DNA of 64,000 nucleotides, taken from contig CAVXRD010000004.1 in NCBI GenBank assembly GCA_963764165.1, positions 480,001-544,000 on the forward strand, given 5' to 3'. The position numbers were made by a program, and so were the translations under genes. Shown here piece by piece: positions 29,768-39,180 of this stretch. The number at the start of each line of letters is the position of its first letter. Positions within the stretch are counted from its first letter, which is position 1. The notes beneath the pieces were generated by a model. That model had not been told where the DNA came from, did not search any database, and saw nothing but the letters and a program-made list of their open reading frames with translations. Origin of the DNA: an uncultured Verrucomicrobiae bacterium. GTDB lineage: Bacteria; Verrucomicrobiota; Verrucomicrobiia; Limisphaerales; Palsa-1400.

Positions 29768-29813
29768 GAGATCAATGTGGCCAAACTTAGCCTTCTGTCA
29801 AAAGCTCAAGCCA

Positions 29814-32789
29814 TTATTCGCGCAACCTGAAGAACATGGTTCCCGAGGCGGTCGAGATGGTGACGCTCCGGGTCGTGCCGTTGTCGGTAACCGGCGCGGT
29901 AACCGGACTCCAGCCGGAACCGCCGAGGTCGGAGGTCTGCTCGAGGACGTAGCCAGATTGGGACGAGGGCCAGGAGATTACGATGGTGGAGGCGCTGCCG
30001 CCGCCGCTTCCGGCCCGGGTTAGCACGATTTGAAGTGAGGGATGCGGTGGCGTGGCTTCGGCCAGGCTGAATGCAAAAATCGTACCGCGGCCCGCAGCTC
30101 CTCCGTTGGCGGTGGTGGTGTAAAGCGTGTTCCCAATGATGGTGACGCCGGAATACGGATTGGCGCCGTCGAGATTGGTCTGGACAAAAAGGTTGGTGTC
30201 GGAGTTGAGCGCACTGAACGAGTAAAGGGTCACAAAACCGCTGCCGTCGTTGGTGTCCACTTCGAAAATCGTGCCGGAACTGTTCGCGCCTCCGCCCTCG
30301 GCCGTGCCGTACAAAGTCGCGCCGTTCAGCAGCAGCGCGCCTTCGGGATTCATGCCGTCGCTGTTGGTTTCAAGCAGCGTGGCGAAGTCGTATTGCGACT
30401 GGCTGAAGCTGTGGAGAACGGCGTAGCCGGAGCCGTCGGTGTTGATCTTGAAGACGCTGCCGCTGGAATTCGTGCCGCCAAGGCGGGTTGTGCCAAAGAG
30501 GGTGTTGCCCGCCTGGATCAGGCCGCCGTAAGGCTGGCCGAAGCCGTCGGCAAAGTTATGCAGCACATGAAAACCATTGCCACTGACGTTCACGGCGAAG
30601 AGCGCGCCCTCGCCGTTGGCGCCGCCCTGGCTGGCCGTGCCGTAAAGTGTGACGCCATCGCTGCCAAGCAGAAGAGGCGCGAGCGGATAGGCGCCGTCCG
30701 CGTTGGTCAGGCTGTAATTGGCCGTGTCGAACGTCACGGCCGAGAACTGATGGATAGGCGCGAGACCGCCCTCGCCAGCCGAGAAGATCGTCCCGGTATT
30801 GTTCGCTCCGCCGTAGCCGGTGTTGCCGTAGACCAAATTGCCGACGACAATGACGCCGCTGGGAAAGCTGCCTTGGCTGAAATCGCAAAGGGTGCTGAAG
30901 CCGGAGCCGTTGGTGCCAATGCTAAAGACCGTCCCGCCGCCAAACGCGCCCCCGGTTTGGGCCGTGCCGTAAAGCGCATCGCCGACGCAAACCAACGTCG
31001 CCACCGGCGACGCGCCGTCCACGTTGGTCTGGCCGATGGTAGGCAGCGCGCTGAATTGGTAAAGTTCATCGAGGACGCCGTCACCGTTCGTGTCCAACGA
31101 ATAAATGGTGCCTGAACCGAAATCGCCGCCTTTGGACATGACGCTGAAAAATCGACCGCCAGCCAGCGTGAGGCCGGCCCGGGGATTCGCACCGTCGCTG
31201 TTGGTGGAAGCATTGAGATTGGTGTTGTAACTATAGCCCTTGGCGCCGAAGGTGTAAGCCGTCTGGCAGCCGGCCGAGATGCTGGGGCCGAGCGAGCCGG
31301 GAGCCGTGCCGTTGGTGTTGGTCACGGTAAGAACCACGCCGTAGACGCCGGCATTGGTGAACGTATGCGCTGGATTTTGATTGGTGCTGGTCGAGCCGTC
31401 CCCGAATTTCCAGAGCCAATTAGTGATCGGCACCTCAAGCACGTCCGCGGAAGGCGCCGTAAACTGCACCGCGAGCGGCGGTGGCCCGTTGGTCGGGGTG
31501 GCGGTGAAGACGACCAACGGGTAGTAGGCGGTGATGTTCGAGCCGCTCACCGAAATGGCGAGACCCAAATTATTGGTCACGGTGAGCTTGGGAGTGTAAG
31601 ACTTGGTTTTGGTCGAGAGATACTCGGTTTCGGGATTTTGGAGCGTGCTGAAAGTGTTATTGCCGAAGCTCCAATTCCACGAGACGATGGGGTTTCCAGC
31701 CGTGTCCTCGGACGGCCCATAAAACTGCACCAGAAGCGGCATGAACCCGTTGGTGGCCGAGATCGAGAAATCGGCGCTCGGCGCGCCGACGGAGATGTTC
31801 GAAGGGCCGACGCCGGAAACCGCCACGCCATAAATGTTGGTGGCGACAAGGCTTACAACAAAGTTTGTATTCGTGACGTAGGTATGGGACGGGTTTTGCA
31901 GCGTGCTCGTGACGCCATCACCGAAATTCCAATTCCAGTTCGAGATGGCCGAGCCGCTGCTGTCGATGTTCGTGGCGTCGAATTGGACGGTGAGCGAAGC
32001 AGGGCCGTTGGTGGTGGACGCGGTGAAAGGGAGAGTGACGGCGGTGGGTGTGTAGACGATCGTGGCCTTGAGAGAAGCGGTGGCTTGGGCGGTGAAGGTA
32101 GTCACGGCAATTTCACCTTCCAAAGGTCCATTGGTCGTGAGCGACATATTGGTGTTGATCTTATTCGTCCACGGGATGCCCGCATTCGTGAGCGTGGTAT
32201 AGAACGACCACGATTCGATAGCATCCAACGCCAGATCAGCGCCGTATCCCTCGTACAAATCCTGGAAGGGCGCGCCAGAATTAAGGGTGGCAAGCGTCTC
32301 CCAGCCATAGAGGGCGGCGGCGCTCAAAAAGACGTTCGACCCGCCCGTCTCGCTCGATGGAATGAAATACCAAAAGCCGTTCGATCCAAGGTAGGTGGCG
32401 CTGAGGTCGTCCGACCCGGGATAGGGACCCGAGTAGTCATCGTCCTGCGTCCACTGGCCGTTTACCGTCGTGGTGATATTTGACGCCGTGCAAGCCGCAA
32501 TCAGCAAATTGGTGCCCTGAGCCCAAACGGGAAATTGTTCCTGGCCTATGATCGAGATGGTCAGATTGTCATTTTCTTGAATCGACTCGACCTCGACACC
32601 AGTCAGGACACCGTCGTTGTAGATGTTTAGGGAGCCTGTCCCGGAACCGGAGCTGGAGCCGCTGGCGCTAAGGTTGAGTTGAACGGAAATCGTCCCCACC
32701 AGGTTGGATTGGGCCCTGGCAGTGGATTGAACGGAAAGGCAGGCCAACAGGGCAGCCATGATGGCGGCGAAAAAATATAAGTTCTTCAT
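29814..32789 (-). CDS. Secreted protein with three PKD domains and tandem beta-propeller (GloVer-like) repeats
   Basis: Signal peptide; WxWxFGDG...QNPxHTY; repeated LYGTAxxGG...GTIF; C-terminal MFFRL module. Confidence 0.88.
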   Translation of the reverse strand: MKNLYFFAAIMAALLACLSVQSTARAQSNLVGTISVQLNLSASGSSSGSGTGSLNIYNDGVLTGVEVESIQENDNLTISIIGQEQFPVWAQGTNLLIAACTASNITTTVNGQWTQDDDYSGPYPGSDDLSATYLGSNGFWYFIPSSETGGSNVFLSAAALYGWETLATLNSGAPFQDLYEGYGADLALDAIESWSFYTTLTNAGIPWTNKINTNMSLTTNGPLEGEIAVTTFTAQATASLKATIVYTPTAVTLPFTASTTNGPASLTVQFDATNIDSSGSAISNWNWNFGDGVTSTLQNPSHTYVTNTNFVVSLVATNIYGVAVSGVGPSNISVGAPSADFSISATNGFMPLLVQFYGPSEDTAGNPIVSWNWSFGNNTFSTLQNPETEYLSTKTKSYTPKLTVTNNLGLAISVSGSNITAYYPLVVFTATPTNGPPPLAVQFTAPSADVLEVPITNWLWKFGDGSTSTNQNPAHTFTNAGVYGVVLTVTNTNGTAPGSLGPSISAGCQTAYTFGAKGYSYNTNLNASTNSDGANPRAGLTLAGGRFFSVMSKGGDFGSGTIYSLDTNGDGVLDELYQFSALPTIGQTNVDGASPVATLVCVGDALYGTAQTGGAFGGGTVFSIGTNGSGFSTLCDFSQGSFPSGVIVVGNLVYGNTGYGGANNTGTIFSAGEGGLAPIHQFSAVTFDTANYSLTNADGAYPLAPLLLGSDGVTLYGTASQGGANGEGALFAVNVSGNGFHVLHNFADGFGQPYGGLIQAGNTLFGTTRLGGTNSSGSVFKINTDGSGYAVLHSFSQSQYDFATLLETNSDGMNPEGALLLNGATLYGTAEGGGANSSGTIFEVDTNDGSGFVTLYSFSALNSDTNLFVQTNLDGANPYSGVTIIGNTLYTTTANGGAAGRGTIFAFSLAEATPPHPSLQIVLTRAGSGGGSASTIVISWPSSQSGYVLEQTSDLGGSGWSPVTAPVTDNGTTRSVTISTASGTMFFRLRE

Positions 32790-33044
32790 AACAAGGCTTC
32801 GCGATGACCGCGCTCACGCAACGGCACATCCCTCTACAGACCCCTTTTGGGAAAAAGGTTACAGAAAGAATGACGCCGCAAACCGACCCATCCCTGGCCA
32901 CCAGATTCAACCTCCATCCGAGCATCCAGCCCCAAAAAAATGGAAATGGCGCAGGATCATCACATGATCTCCAGGAGTGGCAAATGGTTCCTCGCCATTT
33001 TCGGTGAAATGAGACAACTCGTTAGCCGTCGTTGCGGGACAACC

Positions 33045-33720
33045 CATTTGGAATCCAGGGTTGGTCTTTGGTTGGCCAAAGCTCGGTATAGTATATGGTC
33101 TCGAAAAAGGGGCAACACCCGCTACACGGTTGACCATCAACGAGATAAGGGGCAACAAAAATAGCAACAAACCCGCAACAGACCCGCAACATTTCTTCCC
33201 GCGCTGTCGGGTTGCATGAAACGCGGCGTCATTCCGTCGTTCCCTGAAATTTTCATCAAGATGCCCGCACCATCATTTGTTCCATTGAAGACAGTGAGGA
33301 ACCCTGCAAAAGCAGCTACAGGCCCGCTACAAACCCGTTACATTTCATCTGAGCCGGGGCGATTCAGTTCGCATGGGGAGCGCACGCGCCTCGCGTGCAG
33401 TGTTCCGCGCCCTCGCGGAACACATTTGACGGACAAACCAATTAGTGCGCCGAATTCTCGAAGGCGACTGGCGTGGGCGTCAGTCGTCCACACCCGAGGG
33501 CGGGTGTGCTCCCCGTGATACGAACTGCATCGTTCCGGCTAAGAGGGTTGCAATGGAATGAAACCATGTGCTTTCATGGCGTTTTGGACATGCTCCTTCG
33601 TCGAGTTTGGGCTGCGGCCTGTCACAGACCCCAAATTGCCCCGCCGAGCCAGACGGCGCAACCATATGACGAACCGCAGTAGGAAATTGCGTGACGGGAT
33701 GTGACTAGCGGGAGGCCGAT
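33045..33720. repeat. Iteron-like repeat cassette B (GCAACA/GCTACA/GTTACA repeats)
   Basis: Same scaffold as cassette A; TTTGGACATGCTCCTTCGTCGAGT at 33583-33606 equals 21584-21607. Confidence 0.6.
33375..33514. repeat. REP-like palindromic element
   Basis: GGGGAGCGCACGCGCCTCG...CGAGGGCGGGTGTGCTCCCC with inner hairpin GTGTTCCGCG CCCT CGCGGAACAC. Confidence 0.65.
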
Positions 33721-34082
33721 TTCTCACCGGCTTCTGATCAAGCTCCTCAGAGTCTAAACTCGCTTTGCCTTGATTCCAAATGCGGGGGGGCAAACTGAAA
33801 TGGGAAGATTCTGCGCATTCAACCCGGCTTTGCTCGAATTGCAGCGCAAAGAGACGCTCAATGCCGCTAATGAACCAGCCTTCGTCGTCCTTCCAGGAGG
33901 GGGTTACGACCCGCGAGCCGGTCCCAATGGCGCTGCTCCTTCGAGCGTACGAAAGGAAATGGGGTGGCCGGTATGGCCCAATGATGTGACCGCCGTTACG
34001 AACGCTGTCGCTCAAATCGGGCCCTAAATGCTGCGAGGACGCCTGGGCGTGACGGACGGGTTATTGCCCTGTCCAATTGTAA

Positions 34083-34917
34083 ATAAATACGAGACGAATC
34101 GAACGCGGGAAAAAATTCGATGGCGGCTTTACACTTGTAGAATTGCTGGTGGTCATCGCGATCATCGGCATTCTGGCGGCCTTGCTGCTTACGGGGATAT
34201 CAAAGGCCAAGGGTATCGCCCAATCCGCCACCTGCAAAAACCATCTGCACCAAATGGGACTGGCCTTGCAAATGTACGTGGATGAACACCACGGCAAATA
34301 TCCGTTTTACCACGGCTTGCCAGACCATGCGTTGGACGATCCAGTTGGCGCTTACAACTCCGGGTTTTGGTGGGCTAAGCTTCTGCCTTATTATCCCCTC
34401 AAAGTGGTTGGACCCGGCATACCACTGTCCGGGATACAAAGGCGCGATCGAAGAGTCGGCAAGAATTCCAGGCGGTTGGTTTCCTCCTCTCGGCAGCTAT
34501 GCTTACAATGAGCGGGGGGCGGTTGATTTGGGCGGAAATCCCATCACAACCAACGGCCTGCTGCTGGGGTTGGGGGGCCGTCCCAGCCGGAAGTCGGGAA
34601 CAGCTTCTGAAAATCATTCGGAAGATCAAATAGCGGTGCCGAGCGAGATGTTTGCCATTGGTGAATCCAGATGGAATGTCCCGGATAAAAGATCCGGCGG
34701 ACATAGAGGTGGTTTTGATTACATGCAAATCGGCGCGCTGGCGACTCGGGGAATTTTCAAATTTGACCCGGCAAGGCACGGGAAGAACTACAATCAACTA
34801 TTTTGCGATGGCCATGTGGGGTCGATGAATCCCTGGGTGCTGTTCAACCAAACGAATACGGCCGCCATGTGGAATTACGACCATCTGCCTCATCCGGAAT
34901 TCTGGACACCGTTTTAA
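34083..34917 (+). pseudogene. Prepilin-type (G|FTLVE, H-X9-DG) protein with apparently lost start and a frameshift near 34400
   Basis: [40 protein letters not shown] instead of ATG after an in-frame TAA; one extra base joins the two ORFs. Confidence 0.8.
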
Positions 34918-35183
34918 CAATGACCACGAAGCCCAAAAGCGGCTGCACCGTTCAGCTTGTCAAATTCCGCCGCGTTAGCTCGATGGAATAAGGATCATCA
35001 GCCGCACCCTGAGCTGGTCTATTAGCGAAATGCCGCTTTATGTAACCGGTCACTTCAAAACCAGTCAGTCGGGCTCGAATTAAAACCAGCCCTTTGAACG
35101 TGACTGATTCATTTCAGGTTTCTTAATGCAGAACAGGGACTTTTCCATTTTCCCAACATTTACTGGCGCAGCGGGCAATGCCG

Positions 35184-35519
35184 TTACGTCCCACAAGCGT
35201 CCTCCTGCAACGGACGATTCAGGCCAGGGTGTTTCCGCCGGTTCCGCTTGAAAATCAGCAGAGAGCCAGTTGGGATGCCCAACCAAATCGCGAAAAAAGC
35301 CATCTCGTATGCTGCTGTCGCCACTTTAAGCTGTTCCCAGGTCCAACTTGGAGAAACCGTGTCACCAGCCCCTTTGTGTGTGTCCATATCCTCAAAGAAT
35401 GAGCCGAATCCAACGTCATCCGTGCATTGAAACGCCCGATGCTCAATCTGAATATTCCAAGGAACCAGTGTGACGAATAAAGAAAACAATGACCAGCCAA
35501 CGGCCAAGATGCCGAACAT
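35184..35519 (-). CDS. Small two-TM hypothetical membrane protein
   Basis: Two hydrophobic helices and a basic tail; an in-frame stop just upstream makes the start uncertain. Confidence 0.4.
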   Translation of the reverse strand: MFGILAVGWSLFSLFVTLVPWNIQIEHRAFQCTDDVGFGSFFEDMDTHKGAGDTVSPSWTWEQLKVATAAYEMAFFAIWLGIPTGSLLIFKRNRRKHPGLNRPLQEDACGT

Positions 35520-35886
35520 GAAGATGGTCTCCAGTTACTTCAAGGCGTCTCGCCCTGCGCAACGGCGGTTCGCAGCTCGCGATTCTTCGGCGAACCCCAA
35601 GGCGACCAAATTGATCTCTTGGGTTTATTTGCGGGCTTCATTTCAAGCCTTATAACGACTGCGCCAATGTAGCGAGGATTAAGACGGACTTCAATCAAAC
35701 AAGCTTCTTTGATAACTTTTTGATGGATTGGGCTCGCATCTTAATTGGCCTAAACATCGGGCTTATGCAATCTTGTTGCCTGATGCATCATGCGCGCAAC
35801 GTTTCTTGGGGCCGTCCTGCCAGTTCGACGGACTGGCCGGCTGCGCCAATCGGACGTTTCATGCAAATCGAACGATAGGCAAATTT

Positions 35887-36378
35887 ATGAACTTCGCACT
35901 CGAAACACCCGTTCTGCAGCCTGTTGAAACCACCGTTGTGGCCGCCACTGTGACGCCGCTCGTCATTCGGGATTTCTTCAAGAAGAACACCCAGGTGAAA
36001 TTCGCCACGGTTTATGCCCAGTTCGAGGACCGGTTCTTTCGTAAGACTGAAGAGCCGATTGCTGAATTGACGTATCTCAAATATAAGCTGCTGCGGATCG
36101 CGCCAGACGGCGCCATCATTACAGAACTCGGCGGCGAAGCAAAAGCCGAAGGTACAGTGACGGCGGCTTTGGAGTTTGTGAAGAAACAAGGTCACGGTGA
36201 GCCGGGCATCTTGCAGACAAATGGCTATGCGAACATCTTCTACGCCAGGGATCGAAAGGGCGTGCTTTGCGCGATTCGCCTTGGTTTGGCCGACGATGGC
36301 TGGGTGATTGATGCCATCCCGGTGGAGGACCCTTCTGCATGGAATGGCCAGCACCTGATATTCTGTCCGCGGTCTTAA
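35887..36378 (+). CDS. Hypothetical protein
   Basis: 163-aa ORF with natural composition (GYANIFYARD..GVLCAI...DGW). Confidence 0.65.
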   Translation: MNFALETPVLQPVETTVVAATVTPLVIRDFFKKNTQVKFATVYAQFEDRFFRKTEEPIAELTYLKYKLLRIAPDGAIITELGGEAKAEGTVTAALEFVKKQGHGEPGILQTNGYANIFYARDRKGVLCAIRLGLADDGWVIDAIPVEDPSAWNGQHLIFCPRS

Positions 36379-36698
36379 AGATTCAACCAGCGCTTGAGCG
36401 CGGCTTCCACTTCACTTATGACCCGCGCATCAAATTTTCCTGGAGCTCTGCGGATAAATTCGGTGAACTTCACCGGCTGGATGCTTTGAACGTTAATGTA
36501 GCTTTGCTCCCGCAGCCACGGCACGCGAGGCAGGCTGACCTCGTAAGGCGTCTCCTCAAACTGTGTGGTAATCAAAACCACGCTGGCGAGGGCCAGTCGG
36601 GCATCGGTTTTAGCCGCCAGAACGAGCACATAACGAGGTTTACCCACCATGCCTAAATCTATGAACCAAACTTCGCCGGGTTGCGGGACGGTTCTCAT
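36375..36698 (-). CDS. MazF/PemK family toxin
   Basis: QPGEVWFIDLGMVGKPRYVLVL...ITT...SYINVQSIQPV. Confidence 0.88.
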   Translation of the reverse strand: MRTVPQPGEVWFIDLGMVGKPRYVLVLAAKTDARLALASVVLITTQFEETPYEVSLPRVPWLREQSYINVQSIQPVKFTEFIRRAPGKFDARVISEVEAALKRWLNL

Positions 36699-36700
36699 CC

Positions 36701-36919
36701 CTAAAACTCATCAGCCAGCGAATTGCGGCGGGCAGGCGGGCTTAGAACGTCGTCTTCCGGGCTGTCTGCCTGGACAGGAAACGGGATTGCCCGGCGTTTG
36801 ATGATCTGCTTGTAAAAAAGCTCCAATGCCGCGCGCGGCTTCAGGCCGATCTCTTCCAAGACGGCTTCAGCTTGGCGTTTCAGCTCAGGGTCAATGCGGC
36901 TTCTGGCTACTGCGCTCAT
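36701..36919 (-). CDS. RelB/DinJ family antitoxin
   Basis: MSAVARSRIDPELKRQAEAVLEEIGL; ends 2 nt before the toxin start. Confidence 0.88.
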   Translation of the reverse strand: MSAVARSRIDPELKRQAEAVLEEIGLKPRAALELFYKQIIKRRAIPFPVQADSPEDDVLSPPARRNSLADEF

Positions 36920-37146
36920 GCGCCCAATGTGGCCCAAGCGTAGCCTTTTGTCAAAGGGCCCGGCAATCGGTTTCGAACATGGATTTGGCACCCATCATAG
37001 CTTGCAACTCCCCTTTATGTGGTATGGTGAAACGTCCCGGCTTCCCCTAACCTTCTTGGATTGAGCAGCCAGACTTGGCAAGTGTGAAAGTGTTTTGCTT
37101 TGCGGAAATACATTTGTGAGGATGTGTCGGCGATTCCAAACAATTT

Positions 37147-39147
37147 ATGATTGAAACCAAATTCAGGCGCGGTTGTCCCCTCCTCGTTCTCACTCTTGCC
37201 CTGGCACAGTCCCATCTTTGCGCGTTCGCAGGTGATTTTACCCTGGAAAATGATCGGGTGACGGTCGTGGCTGTCTCGAAAGACGGACATCTCCTCCCCG
37301 GCAAATTGACGGATAAAAAAACCGGCGAGACGATCAGCCTGGGCGAGGATTTGTTCAGTTTGGTGCTCGATAATGCCAAACATATTCCGGCGGCGGGGTT
37401 CACGCTGGAGGGCGAGCCGAAGCTCGTGGAGTTGACGGCGAATCCGGCGGCTTCGCGGCGCGCCGAACAAATTGCCGGCCACGAACTCGTCGCGGAATTG
37501 AAATCGGCGGATGGCGATTTGAAAGTGACGTGGCGCGGGCAATTGCGTGATGGGTCGCGCTACTTTCGGCAGGTCTTTACGTTCACCGCCGGGGCGAAGG
37601 AAGTTCCGCTCAGCGGGATTCTTTTGACGGAATTGAATATGCCGGGCGGCCACGCCACGGGCACGGTCGACGGTTCGCCGGTGGCGACGGACACCATGTT
37701 TTTCGGGGCCGAACATCCCCTTTCCATCAATCGCGGAGAAATGGGTTACATTCGCTGCTTCGTGCCGCGAGGCGCATCGTTGTTGCCGGGCGAAAGTTAT
37801 TCGTGCTCGTCGGTGGCGGGTTTCGTGACGAAGGGCCAGTTGCGGCGCGATTTTCTCACCTACCTCGAACGCGAACGCGCGCATCCCTATCGCCTGTTCC
37901 TGCATTACAATTCCTGGTACGACATCGGCTATTTCAGCAAATACGACGAAGCGGCGGCGCTGAACGTGATCAATGCATTCGGCGAGGAATTGACGGTCAA
38001 GCGCGGGGTGAAACTTGATTCCGCGATGTTCGACGACGGCTGGGACAATCCCGAGACGCTCTGGCAATTTGACAAGACGAATTTCCCCAATGGCTTCGCC
38101 CCGATCAAGGCCGCGGCCGCAAAATACGGATTCGCGCCCGGCATCTGGCTCTCGCCGTGGGGCGGCTATGGCCAGCCGCACGCGGATCGCATCAAATTTG
38201 GGCAGGCCAACGGCTTCGAGACGCGCGACGGGAATTTCACCCTGGCCGGTCCCAAATATTACGAGCGTTTCCGCGCCTTGTGCGTGGATGTCGTCAAGAA
38301 ATACGGCATCAACCAATTCAAGTTTGACGGCATTGGCCAGAACACCGGGACGGGCGGCGGCGGCGCGCAGAGGGATTTTGACGCCATGCTCAAACTCATC
38401 GCGGAATTGCGCGCGATGAAGCCGGATTTGTATGTCAATCAAACGACGGGCACCTGGCCGTCGCCGTTCTGGCTGCTTTTCGCCGATTCCATATGGCGCG
38501 GCGGCGAGGATCATTCGTTTGTCCCCGGGACGGCGCCCGAACGCGAGCGGTGGATTACCTACAAAGACAACGATGTGCATGACGAGGTCGTGGGCCGGAG
38601 CGATTTGTATCCGCTGAATTCCCTGATGCTGCACGGCATTATTTACGCCAAGAAAGCCCATGGCTTGAATCACGACACCAATAACGTTTTCAAATCCGAG
38701 GTGCGCGCGATGTTCGGCAACGGCACCCAATTGCAGGAGATGTATATCACGCCCGCCCTGCTCACGCCCGCGAACTGGGATGCTTTGGCCGAAGCCGCGA
38801 AATGGTCGCGCGAAAATTCAGACACTCTGGTGGACACGCATTGGGTTGGCGGCTCGCCAGCAGACGGAGAAGTCTACGGCTGGGCCTCATGGTCGCCGAA
38901 GAAAGGCATCCTAACCTTGCGCAATCCGACGGCAAATCCGCGGCAAATCAAAATCGATCCCGCAAAAGTTTTTGAGCTGCCGGAAAGTGCGGCGACTTCC
39001 TACACCATCGCCAATCCGTTCAAGGATCAAAGCGTCAGCGTGACCCGACTCGAAGCAACCAAAGACACGGTCTTCAAGCTCAAACCGTTTGAAGTGCTGG
39101 TCGTCGAGGCGCTGCCGGAGAGAGCCCAGCCCACCACTGCCCGGTAA
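37147..39147 (+). CDS. Secreted glycoside hydrolase, clan GH-D (alpha-galactosidase-like) TIM barrel
   Basis: Signal peptide; HYNSWYD, FDDGW, GIWLSPWGGY, FKFDG. Confidence 0.75.
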   Translation: MIETKFRRGCPLLVLTLALAQSHLCAFAGDFTLENDRVTVVAVSKDGHLLPGKLTDKKTGETISLGEDLFSLVLDNAKHIPAAGFTLEGEPKLVELTANPAASRRAEQIAGHELVAELKSADGDLKVTWRGQLRDGSRYFRQVFTFTAGAKEVPLSGILLTELNMPGGHATGTVDGSPVATDTMFFGAEHPLSINRGEMGYIRCFVPRGASLLPGESYSCSSVAGFVTKGQLRRDFLTYLERERAHPYRLFLHYNSWYDIGYFSKYDEAAALNVINAFGEELTVKRGVKLDSAMFDDGWDNPETLWQFDKTNFPNGFAPIKAAAAKYGFAPGIWLSPWGGYGQPHADRIKFGQANGFETRDGNFTLAGPKYYERFRALCVDVVKKYGINQFKFDGIGQNTGTGGGGAQRDFDAMLKLIAELRAMKPDLYVNQTTGTWPSPFWLLFADSIWRGGEDHSFVPGTAPERERWITYKDNDVHDEVVGRSDLYPLNSLMLHGIIYAKKAHGLNHDTNNVFKSEVRAMFGNGTQLQEMYITPALLTPANWDALAEAAKWSRENSDTLVDTHWVGGSPADGEVYGWASWSPKKGILTLRNPTANPRQIKIDPAKVFELPESAATSYTIANPFKDQSVSVTRLEATKDTVFKLKPFEVLVVEALPERAQPTTAR

Positions 39148-39180
39148 AAAAATCGCCGCCGGACAAATTGATTTCTGAAA

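Noticed and set aside
37147..39147. 'Enterotoxin' label often given to similar proteins
   Set aside because: Visible motifs indicate a glycosidase TIM barrel; nothing in the sequence supports toxin activity.
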